A stretch of 64,000 nucleotides of DNA, from IMG/VR virus record IMGVR_UViG_3300045988_057942; one strand, written 5' to 3'. The position numbers were made by a program, and so were the translations under genes. This DNA comes from a virus. Shown here one piece after another: positions 57,280 through 64,000 of this stretch; the stretch's first letter is position 1; the number at the start of each line of letters is the position of its first letter. The notes beneath the pieces are model-generated. The model worked only from the letters and a program-made list of their open reading frames with translations. It made no database searches and had not been told where the DNA came from.

Positions 57280-58341
57280 TTAAAGAGCTTCTGCAAGTGC
57301 AAAAGCATTTTCTATTTTTCTTGATTTATCACCATAACAAATACTATCAAATCGCTTAGTACCTTCAATATTATCTATATTAGAATAATATCCACTAACA
57401 GCATTAACAGCTCCCCAAGCAGTACCTAAAATATCTCTTTGACCAGGACCATCAAAATAATAATTATAAGTATCAGAAATAACATTCATTTTTCTACTAC
57501 TTATTTTACTATCAGATAAAGCTAAACCATTACGATAAGCAATATCTTTAATAGTATGACCTGTATCTTTTAGACGTTGAATTTCATCACTAGTAAGAAG
57601 ATTTTCTCCAATAAATTGAATTACATCTTCATCAGTAACTTTAATATTAGCAAGTAAATTACAATATTGACCAAATTCTTCAGATTTAATTTTACTAATT
57701 CCAAGTATTTCTTGTGCAACAGAAATCTTATTATGAACACTAGTTGTATGTCGAAAACTAACATAATTACTACTAGTACGAATAGCAGCATTAAGAGTAT
57801 TTTGACAAATAACTCTAATAGGAGTAAATAAAATCTTAACTCCGCCACTACCATCATGAGTATTAGTAAATACTAGATAATTTTCAACAGGGTCACCTTT
57901 AACAAGAATATTATTAGGAAGTTTAGCACTTACAAATATTCTCTCACCATTTCCCCAAAATCCAGCAGTTTGCCAAATAGCAGAATTTTTACCAATAGCA
58001 TCATCAAAGAAATTAAAAGCATCATTGTTTTGTACAATAGTATATTTACTTTTAACAACACCTAAAGGAATATTGTAATCAGTACGATAGGTAGCAAAGG
58101 CGTTATCACACTTACGATAAATGTCAGTACCAAAAACATGAGCGCCTTCTTTTTGTTCTTTAATAATTTTATCAAGTTCTTCATCAGTTCCAGTAAGTTT
58201 AATAGGCATTTTACCAACTAGTTCACATTTAGCTACATTAAAATTAAGTCCAGCTTTAAGCATAACTTCTTTAGCAGTAGAACAATCTGATACATCAATA
58301 GCACCAGAATAAGCCCAAGGTTTACCTTTAACTTTATACAT
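57280..58341 (-). CDS. Phage protein, 353 aa. Possibly DUF932 family.
   Basis: Size, position and overall sequence pattern resemble DUF932. Assigned by eye only. Confidence 0.35.
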   Translation of the reverse strand: MYKVKGKPWAYSGAIDVSDCSTAKEVMLKAGLNFNVAKCELVGKMPIKLTGTDEELDKIIKEQKEGAHVFGTDIYRKCDNAFATYRTDYNIPLGVVKSKYTIVQNNDAFNFFDDAIGKNSAIWQTAGFWGNGERIFVSAKLPNNILVKGDPVENYLVFTNTHDGSGGVKILFTPIRVICQNTLNAAIRTSSNYVSFRHTTSVHNKISVAQEILGISKIKSEEFGQYCNLLANIKVTDEDVIQFIGENLLTSDEIQRLKDTGHTIKDIAYRNGLALSDSKISSRKMNVISDTYNYYFDGPGQRDILGTAWGAVNAVSGYYSNIDNIEGTKRFDSICYGDKSRKIENAFALAEAL

Positions 58342-58523
58342 TAATTATAAGTTTTAATATATTCAATAATACGTTCAATATCTCTAATAGCTTGACTGTT
58401 AGTAACTCCATAGGTATCTATATACCATTTAATTACTTCTCTTACTTTATCTTCTAGTTCCATAATTAACAAGATTAGTAGTGTTGACTCCCCGTAGAGG
58501 ATGGAATGCACATCATCCTCCAC
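58341..58523 (-). CDS. Small hypothetical protein. The track start is GTG inside the GC-rich hairpin; an internal ATG (MELEDKV..., ~58460) is the likelier start.
   Basis: ORF. Its N-terminus overlaps repeat copy 58514-58533. Confidence 0.4.
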   Translation of the reverse strand: MEDDVHSILYGESTLLILLIMELEDKVREVIKWYIDTYGVTNSQAIRDIERIIEYIKTYN

Positions 58524-58533
58524 GGGGAGTATA
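58487..58533. repeat. Inverted pair of GC-rich repeat cores (actccccgtagaggatgg - aatgcacat - catcctccacggggagtata). An 18-bp stem hairpin with 1 mismatch between two '-'-strand genes.
   Basis: Seen directly. Confidence 0.9.
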
Positions 58534-58539
58534 ATTTAG

Positions 58540-59322
58540 CTATTTAATAATAAGACTAGTATTTTCGACAAACTTAGCAATACTAATATCTCTACCATTG
58601 TTAAGAATATTTTTCATAGTAGTTTTATTAACAGAACTACTTCTAGTCATTTCATGTTGATGATTAAAGAAAGTATTAATCAAATCAAAATTAGCTTTAT
58701 TAGCTAAATCACCGATAGGTTTTTCAATTTCAAATTTAACTTTAATACAATCTAAATCATCAAGAGTAAAATAACCTCCAGTTTCTTCTTTAAGTTTAGC
58801 AGATTGCTCAGGATAATTTATAGCAAATTTAGCATTAATATTATCAAGCATAATTTCTCTATTAAACGATTCAACATCATCATTAATTAAATCATTATCC
58901 CAAAGAGTTTTAAAATGGTCTAATACTAAATCTATAAATATTTGATTAAGACTTTCATCTACTTCAACACATTTACTATTTCTAGTATAAAGTTTACTAT
59001 CAATCAAATCAATAGACCTATTACCAGATTCACCTAAATTGCCATAAGTAATAACAGCATCAAGCATAACACTTTTAAGTCTATTAGCATGATTCTCTTT
59101 AGTTTTACGAAGAACAGCTAATCGTTGCTCTTCTTTTTTACAAGATTCAGCTTCAAGATTAAGTACAGTATATGCTTTACGATAACTATCAAGTTTGGAT
59201 TTAAGACTTTCTTGTGTAATAGCGAGGCGTTCTTCAAGTTCAGGAGTTAATTCACCTCCATTTTCTTCTAACTCAAGAAATATATCCTCAAGTTCAGCAG
59301 TAATATTATAAATATTTGCCAT
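58540..59322 (-). CDS. Gp157-like (Siphovirus Gp157 / Gam-like) coiled-coil protein with a C-terminal extension.
   Basis: N-terminal 'MANIYNITAELEDIFLELEENGGELTPELEERL...KKEEQRLAVLRKTKENHANRLKSVMLDAV' is typical of this family. Confidence 0.45.
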   Translation of the reverse strand: MANIYNITAELEDIFLELEENGGELTPELEERLAITQESLKSKLDSYRKAYTVLNLEAESCKKEEQRLAVLRKTKENHANRLKSVMLDAVITYGNLGESGNRSIDLIDSKLYTRNSKCVEVDESLNQIFIDLVLDHFKTLWDNDLINDDVESFNREIMLDNINAKFAINYPEQSAKLKEETGGYFTLDDLDCIKVKFEIEKPIGDLANKANFDLINTFFNHQHEMTRSSSVNKTTMKNILNNGRDISIAKFVENTSLIIK

Positions 59323-59573
59323 TATTTTCTACGTTTAGGTATATTATAAGCAGAACGATAATAAGGATTTAAATAACCAAATAAATGAGTATAATCACTA
59401 GCAGTCATTTTACCTGTATTAGTTCTATATTTATAAATAGCTTCAGTATATTTCTTCCATAGTTTTTTACTTAAACCAAGATTACCAACAAATCCACCAT
59501 TTTCAAATACAATAGCTTCTGTATTTTTAGTAGTTCTAAAACGGTTATTAAAACCATAAAATCTTCTTCTCAT
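59322..59573 (-). CDS. Hypothetical basic protein, 83 aa.
   Basis: ORF with ATGA-type overlap to its neighbour. Confidence 0.5.
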   Translation of the reverse strand: MRRRFYGFNNRFRTTKNTEAIVFENGGFVGNLGLSKKLWKKYTEAIYKYRTNTGKMTASDYTHLFGYLNPYYRSAYNIPKRRK

Positions 59574-59600
59574 AACTTTAATATTTAAATAGTTAATAAT

Positions 59601-59882
59601 TTATTTATTATTTCTCATTTCTTCATCTTTAACTACTTTAAGAACAACAATATTACATAAAAGACCATAACAAAGATAATTGTTAAATACACAATTAGGA
59701 CAAGTTTCAATATGTTTATTTTTAACATATTTACATAGAAATGTTACTTCTTTATCATCTTTAATTCTAATTGTAGTATAAAGAAATTCTTCACCATCAT
59801 TTAAATCATCAGTGAAATTAGTACCACTATAATTTTCAATATGAAAGTGTTTAAGTTTATCAATCTCTGAAGTCATATCCAA
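59601..59882 (-). CDS. Hypothetical Cys-containing protein, 93 aa.
   Basis: ORF. 'CPNCVFNNYLCYGLLC'. Confidence 0.5.
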   Translation of the reverse strand: MDMTSEIDKLKHFHIENYSGTNFTDDLNDGEEFLYTTIRIKDDKEVTFLCKYVKNKHIETCPNCVFNNYLCYGLLCNIVVLKVVKDEEMRNNK

Positions 59883-60726
59883 GTTCCATTAAATTATTTC
59901 TAATCATACCAGCTATAATAATACAATTAGGATGAGGAGTACCAGTAGTACCATAATAACGTAAATCAATAATATGACGCCATTCATTAATAGAATATGT
60001 ATAGACACATCTAGTAGCAGTATCAAGAGGAAGAACGCCACGAGCATCTTGACGATGCATACCAAATTCATCAATAAGAGCTTTATAATTAAAAAAACTA
60101 TCATTACAAGAATTAATATAATGATATGCTTTTTGATGTTCTATATTATCATCAATCCAATCAGCAAATAAAGGCTCTTCATTAAAATGTGTAGCAATTT
60201 CATCACTCATCCAATGAGGTCTACAAATCGTTCCATCTTCATAAACATAACGAGTTGATTTTTCAGCAATATTATTAGGACTAACACGATTTAATTCACG
60301 AGAAGTACTAATTTGTGTATCAACACAAAAAGTATATCTCATCATATTAAATCCTATTTCAGTATTACAAAAATCTTCAATAGGAACAATATATTTAGAT
60401 AGATAACCAAATTGTGTTTTATGGTCTAAAACCCAATTACCATTAACAGTTATATAATAAACATGTTTTTTATAATCATAACTAAAACCAATAGTATTAG
60501 CATAATTAATAATAATAGTTTCTAAAGTTTTATCACTATCATTAGCAATCATATAATAAGTTCCATGACGAAACATACTCCAATGTTCATCATTAATAAG
60601 TCGTTTAATAGTAGCTTCATCATTACCACTTTCTCTACCATAACAAACTCTTGCGCATCTAGCAACATGAGCTTTAGAATCATTTCCTTGTTGCCAAAGT
60701 TCAACTTTAGGTTCAATTATTTTCAT
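59860..60726 (-). CDS. thyX: Flavin-dependent thymidylate synthase, ThyX-like.
   Basis: N-terminal 'AHVARCARVCYGRES', central 'TSRELNRVSP...STRYV' (a divergent RHR/S motif region), C-terminal 'ARGVLPLDTATR...NEWRHIIDLR'. Confidence 0.55.
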   Translation of the reverse strand: MKIIEPKVELWQQGNDSKAHVARCARVCYGRESGNDEATIKRLINDEHWSMFRHGTYYMIANDSDKTLETIIINYANTIGFSYDYKKHVYYITVNGNWVLDHKTQFGYLSKYIVPIEDFCNTEIGFNMMRYTFCVDTQISTSRELNRVSPNNIAEKSTRYVYEDGTICRPHWMSDEIATHFNEEPLFADWIDDNIEHQKAYHYINSCNDSFFNYKALIDEFGMHRQDARGVLPLDTATRCVYTYSINEWRHIIDLRYYGTTGTPHPNCIIIAGMIRNNLMELGYDFRD

Positions 60727-61096
60727 CTTCTTGATTATTATAAAAATCTTTAACTACATTTCCAAATATACTATAAAAATGTTCTTTAGGTATAATATTA
60801 ATAGGCTGTATAGAATCAAGCTCTTTAAAAAATTCTTTAAGACCTTTATTTCTAATCCATAAAGTATCATAAGTAGCAGTTATATAATTATCTTTATCCA
60901 TGTCACAAGCTATAAAGCAAGTTTCACTATCAAGCTTATCTATACATTCTTTACATACAATAGCCTCAGCTATTTGTTTACTCTTACTAGCATCTTCTTC
61001 AACAGAATTTCCAAGTGGAGTATAACCAATAATTTTACCACAACATATACAAACTCTAGCAAGAGCATTTATACCAAAAATAGGATGTAATTTCAT
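60713..61096 (-). CDS. Zn-finger-like Cys-rich protein, 127 aa.
   Basis: 'CICCGK...CKEC...CFIAC'. Confidence 0.55.
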   Translation of the reverse strand: MKLHPIFGINALARVCICCGKIIGYTPLGNSVEEDASKSKQIAEAIVCKECIDKLDSETCFIACDMDKDNYITATYDTLWIRNKGLKEFFKELDSIQPINIIPKEHFYSIFGNVVKDFYNNQEDENN

Positions 61097-61839
61097 ACCA
61101 TATAATCAGTTACAAATTTAAGAACTTTATAGAAAAGACCAACAAGAGTACCAGTATTATCAATAACATAATCATCTTTATTAATTGTTATTTGTTCACT
61201 TTCGTGACTTTCATGATTATCATTACTAGATTTTCTATCTACTCTAATTATCATTCCTCCACAATCTTTAATAGCTTTACATTCATCATTATCAAATCTA
61301 GCATCAGCTATAATACATTGTCCTTTACTATTTCTTATATCAAATGCTTTATTCATAGTATAACGAATAAAAGCTTCTCTCCAAAAATGATTTCTAATAA
61401 TGTTAGTACCATAATATTGAAGAAGAACTCTAATTTTAATACTAACATTATTATTATATAAAACAAGATATGAGGATAAGTCATTATATTTTAATATAGC
61501 ATCATTACATTTATCCACAACATAAGTAGCATCTTTAATATTAGTAGAAACAATACCAGTTTTAAAATTATAATAATTTTCTTCTTTAACATCTTGTCTA
61601 TCTAGAAGTTTACGGTCAATACCACAAAATTCAGATATATCATCTTTAAGTTTATCAGCAAAATGAATAATTATTTCATCATTTTCGATAAAATCATTTT
61701 TATGATAAAGAAGCCAAGTATCATAACTAGCTTTCATAATACCATCATGAAGGATATAACTAATCATAGAAGCAACTGTATCTTTACCACTTCCTTTAAA
61801 TCCTTTAATACCAACAATAGTAACTTTATTAATACTCAT
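61093..61839 (-). CDS. Deoxynucleoside monophosphate kinase, T4 gp1-like. The track ORF extends to 61965; the start is probably M43 (MSINKV...).
   Basis: 'GIKGFKGSGKDT' matches T4 gp1 'GVKRSGKDT'. C-terminal 'SSNDNHESHESE...VIDNTGTLVGLFYKV' matches gp1 'SNDTHITEAG...VITNDGSLEELFSKI'. Confidence 0.7.
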   Translation of the reverse strand: MSINKVTIVGIKGFKGSGKDTVASMISYILHDGIMKASYDTWLLYHKNDFIENDEIIIHFADKLKDDISEFCGIDRKLLDRQDVKEENYYNFKTGIVSTNIKDATYVVDKCNDAILKYNDLSSYLVLYNNNVSIKIRVLLQYYGTNIIRNHFWREAFIRYTMNKAFDIRNSKGQCIIADARFDNDECKAIKDCGGMIIRVDRKSSNDNHESHESEQITINKDDYVIDNTGTLVGLFYKVLKFVTDYMV

Positions 61840-61975
61840 AATAATTTGTTTTTGTTTATCAAGACAAATATAAAAATATAATAGGAATTTACTAGTAATA
61901 ATGATGCTGAATTTAATGTTAAATATCATGGTGAGAATGACGCATTTTAAGGCTTGCCATGACACGCAAATCTTA

Positions 61976-62042
61976 TCGTGATAGATTAATCATTCTGATA
62001 TATAAAATTGAATACAGGCAAAAAGAATCATGTCTACGAGCG
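61976..62042 (-). promoter_or_regulatory. Conserved ~66-bp non-coding element, copy B. Candidate promoter/operator for the dNMP kinase gene.
   Basis: Aligns with 56058-56123 at about 56 of 66 positions. Confidence 0.55.
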
Positions 62043-62065
62043 TATCATATACAATTTTACACCCA

Positions 62066-62109
62066 TGTAAAACAGAAAAGCCTAGCACACTATCTTATGT
62101 ACTAGGCTT
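62066..62109 (-). terminator. Terminator for gene 62114-62497 ('-' strand): stem aagcctag(c)ac / gt(a)ctaggctt followed by cttttctgttt on the '-' strand.
   Basis: Seen directly. Confidence 0.55.
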
Positions 62110-62113
62110 CACC

Positions 62114-62497
62114 TTATTCAATATCTATATGATAAATAATACAAAAACTATTACGTTCTTCTACAAACTTAACATTAATATTAAAATCATCTTTAGACAT
62201 AACAAAAGCATTACGCAATCTTGTATCGAGAAGTCTAATAACTATATTAGGAATATATAACTTAAATCCAGTATTAGCATCTCGAATAATAGGAACACTA
62301 TTATTAATTCTATTATCATTATACAAAATCACATAAAGTTCATTACTTTTAGTTATATCATTATATCTAACAGCAAAATTATAACTTTTAGCATCATAAT
62401 CAGTAAATAGAATAATAGATTTATAATAACAACTAAAATAAGATTTAGTTCTATCAAAATTATTATTCTTAATTACATTATAATCTAGTATCTCCAT
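62114..62497 (-). CDS. Hypothetical protein, 127 aa.
   Basis: ORF. Confidence 0.6.
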   Translation of the reverse strand: MEILDYNVIKNNNFDRTKSYFSCYYKSIILFTDYDAKSYNFAVRYNDITKSNELYVILYNDNRINNSVPIIRDANTGFKLYIPNIVIRLLDTRLRNAFVMSKDDFNINVKFVEERNSFCIIYHIDIE

Positions 62498-63704
62498 TTA
62501 TAACAACAGTTTTAATATGAAATGGAACTCTAGAAACACCACTCCGTTCACCATATTCTATATGAACAGTTCTACCAATATAAGATTGAGAATCAAATAA
62601 AACTTCTTGCTGAACAATATGACTAGTGCTTAAACGAGTTTCAAACTTTTCATTATTAATATCATTTTTACAAAGAAGAATAGGTAAATCACGTTTCTTT
62701 TCTTTATAAATATCAAGAATGATAAAATCTCCCTCAGCAGAATCTTTAAACTTCTCCATATAATTAGCTCTACGTCTACCATATTGATAATCAGTTTCAG
62801 CATTACGAAGTATAAGACCTTCAAATCCTAAATTAATAAAATGATTTCTAGCGTCAATAGCTTCATTATCATTAGTAATATATCCACTAGGAAGAATAAT
62901 CAATCGTTCTTTATTATTATAATGTTCTTTAATATTATTAAAGCAAGTAGGAAGCTTAATATGATAACGATATGTATTTCTATGAGCTTGATTACCTTCC
63001 ATCATAATATCATAACACCAAAACTGAAGAAGTTTATTTTCAACACAATTAGCATCTTTAACAAAATGATTAATTTGATTAACAGTATAACCGGGAAGAT
63101 AAACTTCACCATCAAGTGCTGCAAATCCATTAATCATATCGTCGATAATATTTGTATTAATAGTAGCAAGCAGATAATCTTCAAGATAGCCAAGAGTATG
63201 CCAAGTAAGACCTTCACGACTTTGGAAACGAAGCCTAACAGGTTTAAACATATCATTTTGAGTATAAGCAGTAACAATACAACGCAGACCATTAATCTTA
63301 TACTGACCATACATACAACTGACTTTTTTCCAAACATTACCATTATACGTTTTAGCAAGCATTGGAAGTAAAAGATTACTGTTTCCATTACTAAGGTCTT
63401 TAGGTAGATAAGTATTTAGAAAATTAAATAGAGTATCATTATCTCCATCCTCCACGGGGGGTAAACCCTGCATATCACAAAGTTCATTAAGATATGTATA
63501 TCCTTGTTTAATCTTATCATTATATCTACTTTCAAGTTCTTTTTGACCATCTTTTTGAGTAACAGCATAAACTTCTTTACGAATATTACCTCGAACAAGA
63601 CCATAAAAAACAGTGATACTATTAGTACCACTGTCAAGTTCAGCCCACCAAACAGTAGGCACACCATTATTATTTCTACGATAAAGTTTATTCATTATGT
63701 TCAC
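62478..63704 (-). CDS. ATP-dependent polynucleotide ligase (DNA/RNA ligase-like nucleotidyltransferase).
   Basis: Motif I-like 'KINGLR', motif III/IV-like 'ALDGEVYLPGY' and 'EGLILR', motif V-like 'KFKDSAEGDFIILDI'. Confidence 0.5.
   Translation of the reverse strand: MNIMNKLYRRNNNGVPTVWWAELDSGTNSITVFYGLVRGNIRKEVYAVTQKDGQKELESRYNDKIKQGYTYLNELCDMQGLPPVEDGDNDTLFNFLNTYLPKDLSNGNSNLLLPMLAKTYNGNVWKKVSCMYGQYKINGLRCIVTAYTQNDMFKPVRLRFQSREGLTWHTLGYLEDYLLATINTNIIDDMINGFAALDGEVYLPGYTVNQINHFVKDANCVENKLLQFWCYDIMMEGNQAHRNTYRYHIKLPTCFNNIKEHYNNKERLIILPSGYITNDNEAIDARNHFINLGFEGLILRNAETDYQYGRRRANYMEKFKDSAEGDFIILDIYKEKKRDLPILLCKNDINNEKFETRLSTSHIVQQEVLFDSQSYIGRTVHIEYGERSGVSRVPFHIKTVVINGDTRL
63444..63461 (+). repeat. 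GC-rich repeat copy (ccatcctccacggggggt), in-frame in ligase gene on the opposite strand (LPPVEDG).
   Basis: Core match. Confidence 0.9.
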
Positions 63705-64000
63705 TTATTTTTAAACCATTAAATGCAAAACTAACAGCTTTACCACCTAGAAGTTTAGCTTTACGCTGAGCAATCGTTTCCTTTTTAGGCTTAATAGCCT
63801 TTGCAATACCGGTGCTAACATCAATGGGTTTACCTGTAAAGACATCTTTTGATTGATTAACTCTGCTAGCACTTCTAGTGCGTTTCCTTGGTTCTTTACT
63901 ATAATATCGTACTGGGTTTCTTCTCTCGAAATCAAGATTTTTTTCATGTATATCAATAATTCTTTTAATAATACTATTACGATAATCAATATAACTTTGA
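63691..64000 (-). CDS. 3' end of a '-'-strand gene entering from the right edge. Open frame with no stop and no ATG in the window, ending '...KAVSFAFNGLKISEHNE*'. Basic, K/R-rich.
   Basis: rc of 63691-64000 translates without stops. More plausible than the 80-aa track ORF in another frame. Confidence 0.45.

Noticed and set aside
358-63667. Numerous 60-190-aa antisense ORFs inside long genes
   Set aside because: These are low-complexity I/N/K/F-rich translations typical of the antisense strand of AT-rich coding DNA. Examples are 358-627, 879-1116, 2388-2852, 5399-5677, 13075-13359, 45388-45957, 62841-63371 and 63134-63388. They have no independent signals and are fully embedded in better ORFs.
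1-64000. CRISPR array, rRNA or tRNA genes
   Set aside because: No array of direct repeats separated by unique spacers exists. The recurring GC-rich 18-mer is irregularly spaced, on both strands and inside genes. Intergenic regions (17320-17527, 19929-20327, 53970-54335, 61840-62113) lack T-loop-like GGTTCGAATCC or cloverleaf-compatible stems.

Overview
The window looks like a fragment of an AT-rich double-stranded DNA phage genome, probably a crAss-like (Crassvirales) phage of Bacteroidales. Nothing below was searched against a database; every product call is pattern recognition from the translated sequence.

Gene layout:
- Coordinates 1-52938 hold a '+'-strand structural module. It includes several tail-fibre-like genes (one carrying BACON-like repeats) and giant proteins of 1957 and 4070 aa; the 4070-aa one has a DFDVD motif typical of virion-packaged RNA polymerases.
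- A bidirectional rho-independent terminator sits at about 52965-53010.
- From 53023 to the window end there is a '-'-strand nucleotide-metabolism/replication module: dUTPase, a ThyX-like thymidylate synthase, a T4-gp1-like dNMP kinase, a ligase, glutaredoxin-like proteins, and DUF932-like and Gp157-like proteins.

Three points stand out:
1. A complete diversity-generating retroelement (DGR).
   - The target gene is 18468-19928. Its C-terminal variable repeat (VR, 19803-19907) differs from the 105-bp template repeat (TR, 20074-20178) at about 21 positions, all at TR adenines.
   - The reverse transcriptase (20328-21278) has the DGR-specific 'IGxxxSQ' motif. Reaching its conserved C-terminal 'GWLKHAD' thumb motif appears to need a -1 frameshift at an A_AAA_AAG heptamer (21260-21266).
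   - An 18-bp hairpin lies just downstream of the VR.
2. A GC-rich dispersed repeat family that I cannot place in a known class.
   - The core is CCATCCTCYACGGGGRGT, sometimes extended by an (AGCGR)n tail.
   - There are at least 19 clear copies plus 2 degenerate ones, on both strands.
   - Most copies lie in-frame inside coding genes, in every frame that lacks a stop. Orientation tends to alternate along a gene.
   - Two intergenic copies form inverted pairs: a MITE-like unit at 54082-54252 and a hairpin at 58487-58533.
3. A roughly 66-bp non-coding element present twice (56058-56123 and 61976-62042) upstream of two '-'-strand genes, plus a perfect 28-bp palindrome at 53727-53754.

No CRISPR array, rRNA or convincing tRNA was seen.
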